IMG/VR virus record: IMGVR_UViG_3300028030_000005
Span: 33,646-97,645 of that record
DNA: 64,000 bases
From: a virus
Strand: one strand, 5' to 3'
Made by a program: the position numbers and the translations under genes. Each line of letters begins with the position of its first letter. The first letter of the stretch is position 1. This document shows positions 1-8,990 of the stretch, in pieces. The notes under the pieces were generated by a model. The model did not search any database. It was given only the letters and a program-made list of their open reading frames with translations, and was not told where the DNA came from.

Positions 1-845
1 CTATCAATTGGTCCTGGAGTGTGTTTGAATTTAGCTTCAGTCACTGTAATCATCGGACTCTGTTCATTGAGAGTATTTATCGTATCAGTTTCTTTTGATA
101 GAAAGGCAAATATATTTCTTATTCTCAAATCAACAATTGTAAGATTGCCAGCATTATTAGTAACTTTTGCTAATAAAAATTCCTTACCATCGATAACAAC
201 ATCACTTGCACGTAGTTCTACTTGATAGTGGTCATTGATGAATGGGAACTCATCACTAACTGATTGAATCGTTCCTGGAGTGAATGTTCCTATGATTCGA
301 TACTTTTGAGATTGTTCGTTTTGTAAGATATCGGCAGCAACATTTAACGCTGCTATTGTATCTGACTGTACGGATTGTATTATGTACTTGCCAGTATTCT
401 TTGTTGAGTACGGAAAGTCTATTACAGATGCAAAGTTTGGCAATCCTCTCAGTCGCTCTGTAAACTGCGTCGACGTTCCCATTATCGTGCCATCTTGCTG
501 AATGTCAACTAATCCTTGCTCTATTGACGTTTGTTTATAAGAAACTACCACATATCTTGGAATGTTGTCAGGTGGTACTGTCAAAACGTCAACTAAGTCT
601 TGTTTGATATCTATAACGTTAAGCTCGTCGTCGATGGCAATTCCTGCTCTCACAGTCAGTTTTCCCAGAGCAGAATCGACTACCTGTAAATTCTCAAAAC
701 TTTGCGAATGATATGGCTTAACTACTCCATATGACGATATCATCTGTTTTAATATCTTTTCATATCCTTCGTATTTTACAGAATTAATCAAATGTTTTAT
801 TTCTTGCAGACCTAAAAATAGGTCGTTTGAAAGTTTTAGATTCAT
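1..845 (-). CDS. Baseplate/tail structural protein (partial, runs off left edge)
   Basis: ATG at 843-845 overlaps the TGA of the upstream gene (ATGA). Reading by hand gives MNLKLSNDLFLGLQEIKHLINSVKYEGYEKILKQM... open to the window edge. Position after baseplate genes. Missing from the ORF track because no stop lies in the window. Confidence 0.6.
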   Translation of the reverse strand, partial: MNLKLSNDLFLGLQEIKHLINSVKYEGYEKILKQMISSYGVVKPYHSQSFENLQVVDSALGKLTVRAGIAIDDELNVIDIKQDLVDVLTVPPDNIPRYVVVSYKQTSIEQGLVDIQQDGTIMGTSTQFTERLRGLPNFASVIDFPYSTKNTGKYIIQSVQSDTIAALNVAADILQNEQSQKYRIIGTFTPGTIQSVSDEFPFINDHYQVELRASDVVIDGKEFLLAKVTNNAGNLTIVDLRIRNIFAFLSKETDTINTLNEQSPMITVTEAKFKHTPGPID

Positions 846-2404
846 AATAAATTTAATTTTGTTGTCATTCTATATGGTAACAGAGTATTGTTCATCACTT
901 CCTGCAAACACACTTCATTCAACGAAGCATTGTTTTTTATCCACGCCTCAATGAATGGATTATTGGTTGCTTTAGAATAGGCTGTTTTTAGCGGCTTAAA
1001 CTCTACATTACGAACTTGTATTTTTGAATCAGCATCAGCATCGAGTAAAATTTCAACAAACGTTTTAACAGCATCTATGTGCTGTTTTAAATTACTTCCG
1101 TAACCAATACTCGGAACTGCCGTAGATGGGTCTGTTTGAATTGCGATATCAGCTCCCCACAATATTACCCTAACTTCATACCAATTTTCTAACTTTGCAA
1201 ATTTCATTTGGTCAATTGCTATGTTAGATAGCCCTCCTTGAATAGATGCAGGATTCACGTCGTTATTCAATACATCTTTTGACCACATTTTAACGGTGAG
1301 CCTTGAATTATTGTCTAACGCCCTTACTTGAAATTGCAGTTGGTAGCTTAGTAAACTGTCTGTCGTTGTCCAGAACTTGTTAGCTGTCGCACTATCAATA
1401 GAAATTCCTTTGGCAGGACCTCCGGCTTGTTGTTTTATATTCAAAATAGCATCCATTTCGTTTGGTTGCCAATCTACGTCACAAAAACTCTCATCTATTG
1501 GAAAGTTTGCTCCATCTGCTCTATCTCTGTATAGTTGAAACAGCTTTACGTAGTCACGGTTATTTTCAATTCCTTTATATAAAGGACTGTGATGATTCAA
1601 CCACCATCCTGTATTGTGTCCTTTATTGATTGCTATTAAAAATTCATCGTAATCTTGTTTGTTGATGATTCGAAACAATTCGTCAGTGAAACGACGCGTT
1701 CCTCTATAATTATATTGACGAAATCTGTTTTTTGATAGAGTTTGTAATCTCGTTAAGTCAACATCTCCTGTATTTATGTCCCTAACTTGTAGGTATTTTC
1801 GAAGTAATGTAGAATCGTTGTTTGTTTTTTCGAAATATCTCGCATATATAACAAACATTGCGTAGTAACACGCGATACTACGCCAAAAATCAATGTAGTC
1901 TCTATCCTCGTCATTTTGGTTTTGATTGGTGTTACGAGTCATTGCTTTCATTACAATTCCCGGTTGATAAAGCTTGTTTGTTACGTTAAGACACCAATCT
2001 AATATATCGGGCTGACAACAAGTGAATACAGATGAAAATACAGATGAGTTGAAACTATCACCACACTCTCTTTCTATCGATTGATATTCAATTGTTGTAT
2101 AATCCCAACGAATTGTTCCTGATGCAGAACCTTCTCTGGTGTATCGAAATTCGATATCAAAATCAAATTGTGGTTGAATAGGTATGTCTTGTAACGATTG
2201 CTGAGTTAGTGACTGAAACTCTGTCCAGTTTATTCCATCAATTGTATAGCGAAATTCGCGACGCAACGTATGTGTAGCATCTTCTCCTATCACAGATTCA
2301 GTATATCCTGTGATAGATTGAATACCACTCGTTGGATGGTCGAGTTTGAACAGTCTTATATCTCCTACGTTAACAAATACGTTATTCATATTACCACTTA
2401 CCAA
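842..2404 (-). CDS. Baseplate/tail-associated structural protein
   Basis: 520-aa ORF downstream of baseplate J in the tail module; function inferred from synteny only. Confidence 0.5.
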   Translation of the reverse strand: MVSGNMNNVFVNVGDIRLFKLDHPTSGIQSITGYTESVIGEDATHTLRREFRYTIDGINWTEFQSLTQQSLQDIPIQPQFDFDIEFRYTREGSASGTIRWDYTTIEYQSIERECGDSFNSSVFSSVFTCCQPDILDWCLNVTNKLYQPGIVMKAMTRNTNQNQNDEDRDYIDFWRSIACYYAMFVIYARYFEKTNNDSTLLRKYLQVRDINTGDVDLTRLQTLSKNRFRQYNYRGTRRFTDELFRIINKQDYDEFLIAINKGHNTGWWLNHHSPLYKGIENNRDYVKLFQLYRDRADGANFPIDESFCDVDWQPNEMDAILNIKQQAGGPAKGISIDSATANKFWTTTDSLLSYQLQFQVRALDNNSRLTVKMWSKDVLNNDVNPASIQGGLSNIAIDQMKFAKLENWYEVRVILWGADIAIQTDPSTAVPSIGYGSNLKQHIDAVKTFVEILLDADADSKIQVRNVEFKPLKTAYSKATNNPFIEAWIKNNASLNEVCLQEVMNNTLLPYRMTTKLNLL

Positions 2405-2528
2405 TTAAGTTTTTTTCATCATCACTATAATAAGGATACGAATTGCCTTGATGAATAGTGTGAGTAACTGATTGAATTGTCTTTACTAATACATAAGCAA
2501 CTATAAAAATTAAAAATAACTTCCCCAT
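2391..2528 (-). CDS. Small membrane protein (45 aa, MGKLFLIFIVAYVLVKTIQ...)
   Basis: Hand-read ORF filling the gap. Preceded by the same 27-nt promoter/leader as the amidase gene. Hydrophobic N-terminus. Confidence 0.45.
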   Translation of the reverse strand: MGKLFLIFIVAYVLVKTIQSVTHTIHQGNSYPYYSDDEKNLIGKW

Positions 2529-2551
2529 ATGTAATTTTTGTGTAAACTTAC
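2525..2551 (-). promoter_or_regulatory. Putative late promoter/leader GTAAGTTTACACAAAAATTACATATGG (copy 1)
   Basis: 27 nt identical to 8107-8133. Contains TAnnTTTA (-7-like box) and an A-rich leader running into the ATG. Confidence 0.55.
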
Positions 2552-3333
2552 AATTTTTTCATCAAATTCCGATATATTATCGGATAGTTTTGTCGGAAAC
2601 GGTCATCAATTCGTTTTTTCCATACATCTTTGTACTTAGAAATTCCGTATAAATGAACATATCCTTTCTCAATAGCTTGTTGATTTTGTTGTTCAAGTGT
2701 GTGTCCTGGCAATAATACATCGACGCTCCATTGATTTTGTTGAGATAAACACGCCAACAAGTACTGTTCGATTATAATATTGGGCTCTGACATTTGTTTG
2801 GCTACTGATTTTAATTGATTCATCCAAACATTGTAATTTTCGATATAAACGGTTTTTTTATTTGAATCAGCGAATCCTACCACGCCGTGATTAAAACTGT
2901 AATCTAACATAGTGAAAAACGGTAATTCTTGTAAATGATGAGCTATTCTATTCAACTGAGAGAGATAGTGTTTATTGAATTGCTGTTTTTCAACTCTTTC
3001 TACAATAATTCTATCAAAATCAGGTAGTGGTTTAGATAGAAATACGTCTCCGTCAATATGAATAAATTTACCTTGTGTTCGTTCAATCGCTTCTATTTTC
3101 GAAGTTGTCCAAAATAAATTATTTGGTGGATTGTTTAGTGTTTTTATATCAGCAGGAAGCGAATCAAATAAAAACGCATCACTATCTGATATGTATAACT
3201 CAATGTCGTGAAATCTACTCGCTTGTAATATAGATAGCTGAAACATTTTAATTGTCTCGATATATTTATCACCTTGATTCCATCTCCCTTGTCGGATTGG
3301 TTGTGTGTGTAAACTGTAAACTAACTTTCCCAA
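2548..3333 (-). CDS. GT-A-like DxD protein (DUF6734-like putative glycosyltransferase)
   Basis: W-TTSKIEAI...FIHIDGDVFL (DxD), FNHGVVG, EQYLL, YVHLYG-SKY; same motif order as paralog 47841-48686. Confidence 0.55.
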   Translation of the reverse strand: MGKLVYSLHTQPIRQGRWNQGDKYIETIKMFQLSILQASRFHDIELYISDSDAFLFDSLPADIKTLNNPPNNLFWTTSKIEAIERTQGKFIHIDGDVFLSKPLPDFDRIIVERVEKQQFNKHYLSQLNRIAHHLQELPFFTMLDYSFNHGVVGFADSNKKTVYIENYNVWMNQLKSVAKQMSEPNIIIEQYLLACLSQQNQWSVDVLLPGHTLEQQNQQAIEKGYVHLYGISKYKDVWKKRIDDRFRQNYPIIYRNLMKKL

Positions 3334-4847
3334 TTTCCTAATACTTGTGAATCGTTATTATAGTAACAATCAGCGTCTGATTTTATTTGCATATCTATCT
3401 GAGCAACATTGCTCCACGCTTGTCCGTCACTTGCTTGATAGTCAAAAATATATTCTCTCAAATCGTCAGAATCTGATTGATATGAAATGTCGTCAATTTG
3501 AGATGTCGTGAATTCTTGTCCAGAAACAATCGGTGTATTGTTGTATAATAACTGTCCTGCTGCTGGTAGTGTATTAAATCTTATTTTAGCCAACGAATCG
3601 CCATCTTGGTCGTCAAATTCGTCGATAAATAATTGTTGATAAAAATCGAACGTTGAATTTGGACACATTTGGATTGCAAAATCGCCTGCTTCCGGTGGAT
3701 GATTTACGTGAGCAACATCGATATTGATTTCTCCCATATTACTTGTTAGTGGTAGTATCTCACAACTATCTATAATCCTAAAATTGAACTGTGCATATCC
3801 ATTGCCATACGTATCTTGTTCTGGAATAAATCTCAATAACAAGTTGTTTGTTGGGTCGATTATTATTTGCTGTCCTACAGAAACCGGCAAGCTATTGTAT
3901 TCTAAATTCCCTCTATTTGGTAACGACTCTATTATGATTATGTGCGGCAAGTCTCCGTCTGCATCAATAAATATACCTGTCCAGAATTGATAAGAAAATT
4001 CAAAAATGCTGTTTTCATAAATAGCTCTACTTGTACTGGTCACGCTTGGCTTGTTGTTTGAGTTTATTCTCAGCGTAACTGCGTTACTATACATTGCAGA
4101 TGTATCATCTGTCACTGCAAATTGAAAGCTGTCTGAAGGACGTCCTATTTGCAGGGGATGAGATTCATATATCAAATCTCCGCTTTCTATTTGGCTGATT
4201 AGTATTTCGTCACCTACATTACACAATATTCCTGCTAACGACAATTCATTGGTAGGTAGTGTTATTAATTTTATTTTAGTAGGCAGGTTGTTTTGTAAAT
4301 CAACGTAATTTTGCAAAAAATCTAATTTATTAAACTGATATAAAGTATCAGATTCAATACAAACATCATTATCACTAATTTGTGGTGGAGTGTTAGCGCG
4401 AACATAAACTGTTACTACTGCCTGATTCGACCAGCGATTTGGATTTCCTCCTGAATCGGCTATTTGAATAGTAAATTCGTCGTGCGGCATTCCGTATGTA
4501 TTTGGATTTGGAATGTAGGTAAGGTTGTCTAAATCGTCGTAAGGAATAACCTGATTTAATACAACGTCAATATTATTGTATTGAAGCGTTCCTCGAGTAG
4601 GTAGCGACGTTATTCTAATTTGCACAATCTGCTCTCCGGCTTGTAGTCCTGAAGTTGCATTGTCTATCAACGATTCATTAAAATCAAATTCATCGTTCCA
4701 TTGCATTACAAACCAAAAATCACTCAACGTTGGTGGTGTATTGTGTGTTGTGCTGTTAGTTGATAAAATCGTTATCGTATCGCCGTTAATTAGCGACGAA
4801 TATTCAGTTAACGTTTCGTTTATGTGTGTGAGATTTATATAGCTCAT
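3321..4847 (-). CDS. Virion protein with four tandem cadherin/Ig-like repeats
   Basis: Repeated units I-x-I-x-(S/T)LP-x-x-G-x-L-x-YN...GQ...L-x-Y-x-P...F-x-F-x-x-x-D...SN, joined by N-x-P-P linkers; directly downstream of baseplate J. Confidence 0.65.
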   Translation of the reverse strand: MSYINLTHINETLTEYSSLINGDTITILSTNSTTHNTPPTLSDFWFVMQWNDEFDFNESLIDNATSGLQAGEQIVQIRITSLPTRGTLQYNNIDVVLNQVIPYDDLDNLTYIPNPNTYGMPHDEFTIQIADSGGNPNRWSNQAVVTVYVRANTPPQISDNDVCIESDTLYQFNKLDFLQNYVDLQNNLPTKIKLITLPTNELSLAGILCNVGDEILISQIESGDLIYESHPLQIGRPSDSFQFAVTDDTSAMYSNAVTLRINSNNKPSVTSTSRAIYENSIFEFSYQFWTGIFIDADGDLPHIIIIESLPNRGNLEYNSLPVSVGQQIIIDPTNNLLLRFIPEQDTYGNGYAQFNFRIIDSCEILPLTSNMGEINIDVAHVNHPPEAGDFAIQMCPNSTFDFYQQLFIDEFDDQDGDSLAKIRFNTLPAAGQLLYNNTPIVSGQEFTTSQIDDISYQSDSDDLREYIFDYQASDGQAWSNVAQIDMQIKSDADCYYNNDSQVLGNWES

Positions 4848-6031
4848 ATTATGGTAGATTGATAGTCAACGTCTATATTGTTTGGATAGTAAATCGGGTC
4901 AATGATACCAGAATTATCAATCATAACATCTCCTTGTAGGTCTCTAATAATAAAGCTTCGTATTCTCGGTAAATGTCCTGCATATGTAGCTATATCTGCT
5001 CGCGGATTAAAAAACTGGTCTGGTACATACTTTACAGCAGAATGTTGCTTTACAATTTGTAGTAGGTCATCCCATTGAACTGTTTGCATAGGATTCCAGT
5101 AGCGATAATCAAAGTACTTAGCAAATTGTTGCTGAATCTCTTGTCGAACTTGGTCTGCGTTTGCAGTCTGAATCAACTCTGCTCTAAAATCTATGTCTAT
5201 CAATTTGTATTCTATGTTTTTCACAACGACGTTGATACTGTTATTACTGATATGATTGTAATCTATCAGCGATAAGTAGGGAGATATATCAATTGCGAGC
5301 TGATTTAATTCGTTTTGTGTAAGGTCTATTCCGTTTTGTGTCGAGATTGCCAACACTAATTGTTGTTGTGCATTTACTCCATAATTATGAACACTGAGAA
5401 TGTTAGAATTGAATTTCAATAAAACTTGCGTAAGGTAGTCCATCGTTCCTCTTGCTAATACATTCGGACCTTTCTTTATTCGTTTTCTGAATAATTCGTC
5501 TGATTCAATATCACGACCTCCAGTAGCGTGATATTCGTTCACTACATATTGATGTCCTACAGGTTCAGGAGTTACTTGTGTAATTGATAATGGCGGAACA
5601 TTGGTTGATTTTCCGGTAGATTGACTTCTTACCTTGGCATATCCATACCCTTCTGAACCTACTATAAAATCATCTGTAAGTTCGAATACAACACCATTTG
5701 CTTGAAATAAATTAGTTGCCGCTTGATATGTGGTTCCTGGGTCTGCCACTAACTTGATGTATGTCGTAGATTTACTTGCCCCATATCTCGGAGCAATTCC
5801 TTCTCTCTCTGCAATATCATCTAAATGATATCCGTACGCATATTCAGGAAACAAATGACTTTCTACCAGAGCGATGTCTTTTAATGCTTTTTGTGCAACT
5901 TTCGCCGTTCCATAAGCAATTCCATTCAAAATAGATTCGTCAGAAACCTTAGTTACTTTGTCGGTTTTGTTTAGTAAAACCTCTATGTAGATTCTTTTTA
6001 ATTCCTCTACCGTACTTACGCGTGTAATCAT
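4844..6031 (-). CDS. Baseplate J/gp47-like wedge protein
   Basis: AYGYHLDDIA...R, G-x-x-x-NV, ATGGRDIESDELFRKRI: characteristic baseplate J motifs. Confidence 0.9.
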   Translation of the reverse strand: MITRVSTVEELKRIYIEVLLNKTDKVTKVSDESILNGIAYGTAKVAQKALKDIALVESHLFPEYAYGYHLDDIAEREGIAPRYGASKSTTYIKLVADPGTTYQAATNLFQANGVVFELTDDFIVGSEGYGYAKVRSQSTGKSTNVPPLSITQVTPEPVGHQYVVNEYHATGGRDIESDELFRKRIKKGPNVLARGTMDYLTQVLLKFNSNILSVHNYGVNAQQQLVLAISTQNGIDLTQNELNQLAIDISPYLSLIDYNHISNNSINVVVKNIEYKLIDIDFRAELIQTANADQVRQEIQQQFAKYFDYRYWNPMQTVQWDDLLQIVKQHSAVKYVPDQFFNPRADIATYAGHLPRIRSFIIRDLQGDVMIDNSGIIDPIYYPNNIDVDYQSTII

Positions 6032-6936
6032 AGCTGTATTGTTTTTTCTATCTCTTCTCCGAGACGTGTTCTTACCGTAAAATCAATAAACAAAGCATCT
6101 TGCTTGTTTGATATGTTTGTGATATTCAGTGCGGTCAGTGTATCATCTTTTCTAAATGTTTGATAAAACTGTCTAAATATCACTGGATATGCGATTGAGT
6201 GCCTGTTTTCTCCTATAATTAAGTTTGTTTGCAGTCCGTCGGTGGCAAATTCCGGAGTGCTACCATACCTCAACTCAGTCAATATATCGACTGCCTGAAT
6301 AACTGTTTGTTTATACGACAGCGCCTTCAAATCGTCATTTTCAAATGTTATTATTCGATTTATGTCGATTCCATAAACTCTTTCGCCGTATATATTATCG
6401 ACAACCGAATCAAGTTTTATTGTCAATTTGCCGAGATATCCTACCAACAAAGAGTTTCCTCCAGACAAATCATAATCTTGTTCTGACAAGTCATTTCTCA
6501 AAGCTATCGTTGCCCATTGATTGTCGTTATCTTTGTATCCAAAATCACTCGATAATTGCTCCAATGTTTGTAGCTGTTTCAGTTGACGAATTACCTCTAC
6601 ATTTGGATTAAAGTTGTTTTTGCTTATAGCACTTCTTAGCCACTTACTGCTATTTTCAATTGTAAGTAAGCTGATGTGCATATTATCCAACAACTCAATC
6701 AGTTGCCAAAATTCTGCATTCTGCATTCTATCTCGATGTAGCTCAATTTGCTCCAATATATCACGTGATTGTTGTAATAATTTACTTAAATTGTTAAAAG
6801 CATTTTTGTCTGCATCAGATACTCCGAGATAATAGTCTAATATTCGTTCTTTATCGGTATCCATAAACTCAACAAAGTTCGATATATATAATTTTAATGG
6901 GTATCTTGTTATATGTATAAACTTATCAATTACCAT
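6028..6936 (-). CDS. Baseplate wedge protein (gp25-like C-terminus)
   Basis: Position just before baseplate J. YGIDI...DDL...QAV...TPEF C-terminal region resembles Herelleviridae baseplate wedge proteins. Confidence 0.6.
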   Translation of the reverse strand: MVIDKFIHITRYPLKLYISNFVEFMDTDKERILDYYLGVSDADKNAFNNLSKLLQQSRDILEQIELHRDRMQNAEFWQLIELLDNMHISLLTIENSSKWLRSAISKNNFNPNVEVIRQLKQLQTLEQLSSDFGYKDNDNQWATIALRNDLSEQDYDLSGGNSLLVGYLGKLTIKLDSVVDNIYGERVYGIDINRIITFENDDLKALSYKQTVIQAVDILTELRYGSTPEFATDGLQTNLIIGENRHSIAYPVIFRQFYQTFRKDDTLTALNITNISNKQDALFIDFTVRTRLGEEIEKTIQL

Positions 6937-7634
6937 TGTAGATTTCGGATTGAATTCGTTAGTTGATTGATTGATTGATTTAACACTCTCATTGACGTTG
7001 CTGTTTTTAATGACTTTTTATTTTCAAGAATAATTCTATCAATAGGAGCAATCGTCGTCATATTCAATGTGTAGTGCCACATCATATTTGATTGAGATTC
7101 GTCTTGTCTTAATTGAAAAGCATTGATTTTTACAAGATAATTGTGATTCAGACTCGGATTGTATAGAAATAACAAGTGTGGTTGTCCATAATCGTCTAAC
7201 TTTGTTGATTTTTCTTTTATCGACTCTAATACCTTTATTGACCCATATCCTGTTTTGAATTTTGCATTGAATACATTAGTTTTCACTGACTTATCATCTG
7301 AAAAATATCCTTTAGCAGATTGAGTCCTACTCATATCGCTTAACAATAAACGAAATTTTCTACCAAAAGTGCCTGTTATCACGTATTTTCTCGGAACAAA
7401 TGATTCGCTATCTAAAACAGTTACTCCACCTAATGTCTGTTTGACGTTAGTTAATGGTTGACTATTGTAGTCAATTGATTTTGGATTGACAGGAAATGTT
7501 AAAAACTCTACTGTCTTGCCCTTACTATTGACAAGCTCTAATGTAATAGCATAGTACTCAAAGTCATTTGGATACTTTGCTGCCAATCCTGCTCTACCAA
7601 TATTCGCTAATAACTGCTTTGCTTGTTCAATCAT
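6930..7634 (-). CDS. Baseplate/tail tube initiator-like protein
   Basis: FPVNPKSI...QTLGG...ITGTFG...WHYTL, typical of the Herelleviridae tail-initiator/baseplate protein; synteny. Confidence 0.65.
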   Translation of the reverse strand: MIEQAKQLLANIGRAGLAAKYPNDFEYYAITLELVNSKGKTVEFLTFPVNPKSIDYNSQPLTNVKQTLGGVTVLDSESFVPRKYVITGTFGRKFRLLLSDMSRTQSAKGYFSDDKSVKTNVFNAKFKTGYGSIKVLESIKEKSTKLDDYGQPHLLFLYNPSLNHNYLVKINAFQLRQDESQSNMMWHYTLNMTTIAPIDRIILENKKSLKTATSMRVLNQSINQLTNSIRNLQW

Positions 7635-8110
7635 AAGATGTGTTTCTCATCAATCCCAATTGAGCGTAACCAACTCGGAACATCGAAACTTGGACACGCC
7701 TTATTTGCTAATTGATTATGTCCTACTACCACAATGTCGGGATGTCTTAAAATTGTGTATTTGACGTACGTTTCTAATGCTTTACGTTGTTCGTCTGTGC
7801 GCGTATCTTTTGGCGGATAGTGTTGAAATTCAGCTGGTTTATATTCTGATGCTCCACCAACATAAACTACGTGACGTGAATGTGAGTTGTGTCCGCGAAC
7901 ACCATTCGTTAATTCCCACGGCTCTACTAAATCGTCTTGGTCGTATGGTACAAGATTTTCTAACTTACCATCAAGATGAATCATATCACTATAACCAACT
8001 CTTTTCCATCCTCGCTCTTTTAAATGCCATTTTTCAATATCTTTTCTTGATACAGGACGTCCTTCAGGTGTGTCTGTACAGTGAATAACTAAATACTTTA
8101 ACTTTGCCAT
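7631..8110 (-). CDS. N-acetylmuramoyl-L-alanine amidase (T7 lysozyme-like endolysin)
   Basis: LVIHCTDT, WHLKERGW, GY, YVGG, DTRT, GHNQ, KACPSF: Zn-amidase (Amidase_2) ligands H, H, C. Confidence 0.92.
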   Translation of the reverse strand: MAKLKYLVIHCTDTPEGRPVSRKDIEKWHLKERGWKRVGYSDMIHLDGKLENLVPYDQDDLVEPWELTNGVRGHNSHSRHVVYVGGASEYKPAEFQHYPPKDTRTDEQRKALETYVKYTILRHPDIVVVGHNQLANKACPSFDVPSWLRSIGIDEKHIL

Positions 8111-8133
8111 ATGTAATTTTTGTGTAAACTTAC
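8107..8133 (-). promoter_or_regulatory. Putative late promoter/leader (copy 2) upstream of amidase
   Basis: Identical to 2525-2551; related variant at about 35714-35741. Confidence 0.55.
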
Positions 8134-8144
8134 GAAAAAATAAC

Positions 8145-8990
8145 TTATTCTACCAGCACCTTATTGCTCAATAAAGAATCTATCTTTTGTAAAATATTTG
8201 AAAATGTTGATTGGTTGATTGGTGGTGTAGATGTTACAGGAGCTCCTGCTACCATTGTGGTTACTTGAATCTGCTGACACGCAGTTATCAAATCTTTTAA
8301 CAGTTTTTTAAGCTCGTCTCCCAGTACAACCGGATGTTTTGCATTCTTACCTATCTCAATTTGCTTATCGATTTTGATAGCACTATCAACAGACTCTACC
8401 GTCAACTCAATCACTTCTGATGCATCGAGCTCGATTTGTTTTTGTGAAATATTGATTGATGATTGTATTTCGTCTGCAATGGCCTTAAATGCAATACTTG
8501 ACCCTATCGATGGTTGAGAATGTACTACCACACTATACGTTCCTGAAGTTAAATCAATTGTTCTGCTATAACTAATAGATTCGAATTGCTTATGTTGTAC
8601 ATATCTATTTTCTTGCATTAATTGCGTCTCATCGGCTCGTAAATGAGTTGATACGATTGAAACCTGACTATTTTCATCAACAACATATCTGACTAACGTT
8701 CCGTATTGTCCTGGTAGTTGTGGAAATGTTAGTTCGTCGATTAATTCTTTTGGAATTGACACGTTATTTATCACTTGATTGTAGTTTGTTACTATACTAC
8801 ATAAAAGAGTTGAATATACGTGATTTATATACTGATTTCTTTGTATATCTGATGGAACGATTACATAGGCAAATCCGCCTTGCTTATTCTTATCAATATC
8901 AACGCGCTTCGTTAATTTCAGTGATTTATGTAATCTACGATTTTTTGCCATAACTGAATTGCATTTTTCTGATAAAAAATTGCAGTACAT
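8145..8990 (-). CDS. Baseplate spike / GpV-like protein
   Basis: Follows the hub gene; C-terminal VVLGDELKKLLKDLI...TSTPPIN...F resembles spike C-termini. True start is probably MAKNRR. Confidence 0.55.
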   Translation of the reverse strand: MYCNFLSEKCNSVMAKNRRLHKSLKLTKRVDIDKNKQGGFAYVIVPSDIQRNQYINHVYSTLLCSIVTNYNQVINNVSIPKELIDELTFPQLPGQYGTLVRYVVDENSQVSIVSTHLRADETQLMQENRYVQHKQFESISYSRTIDLTSGTYSVVVHSQPSIGSSIAFKAIADEIQSSINISQKQIELDASEVIELTVESVDSAIKIDKQIEIGKNAKHPVVLGDELKKLLKDLITACQQIQVTTMVAGAPVTSTPPINQSTFSNILQKIDSLLSNKVLVE

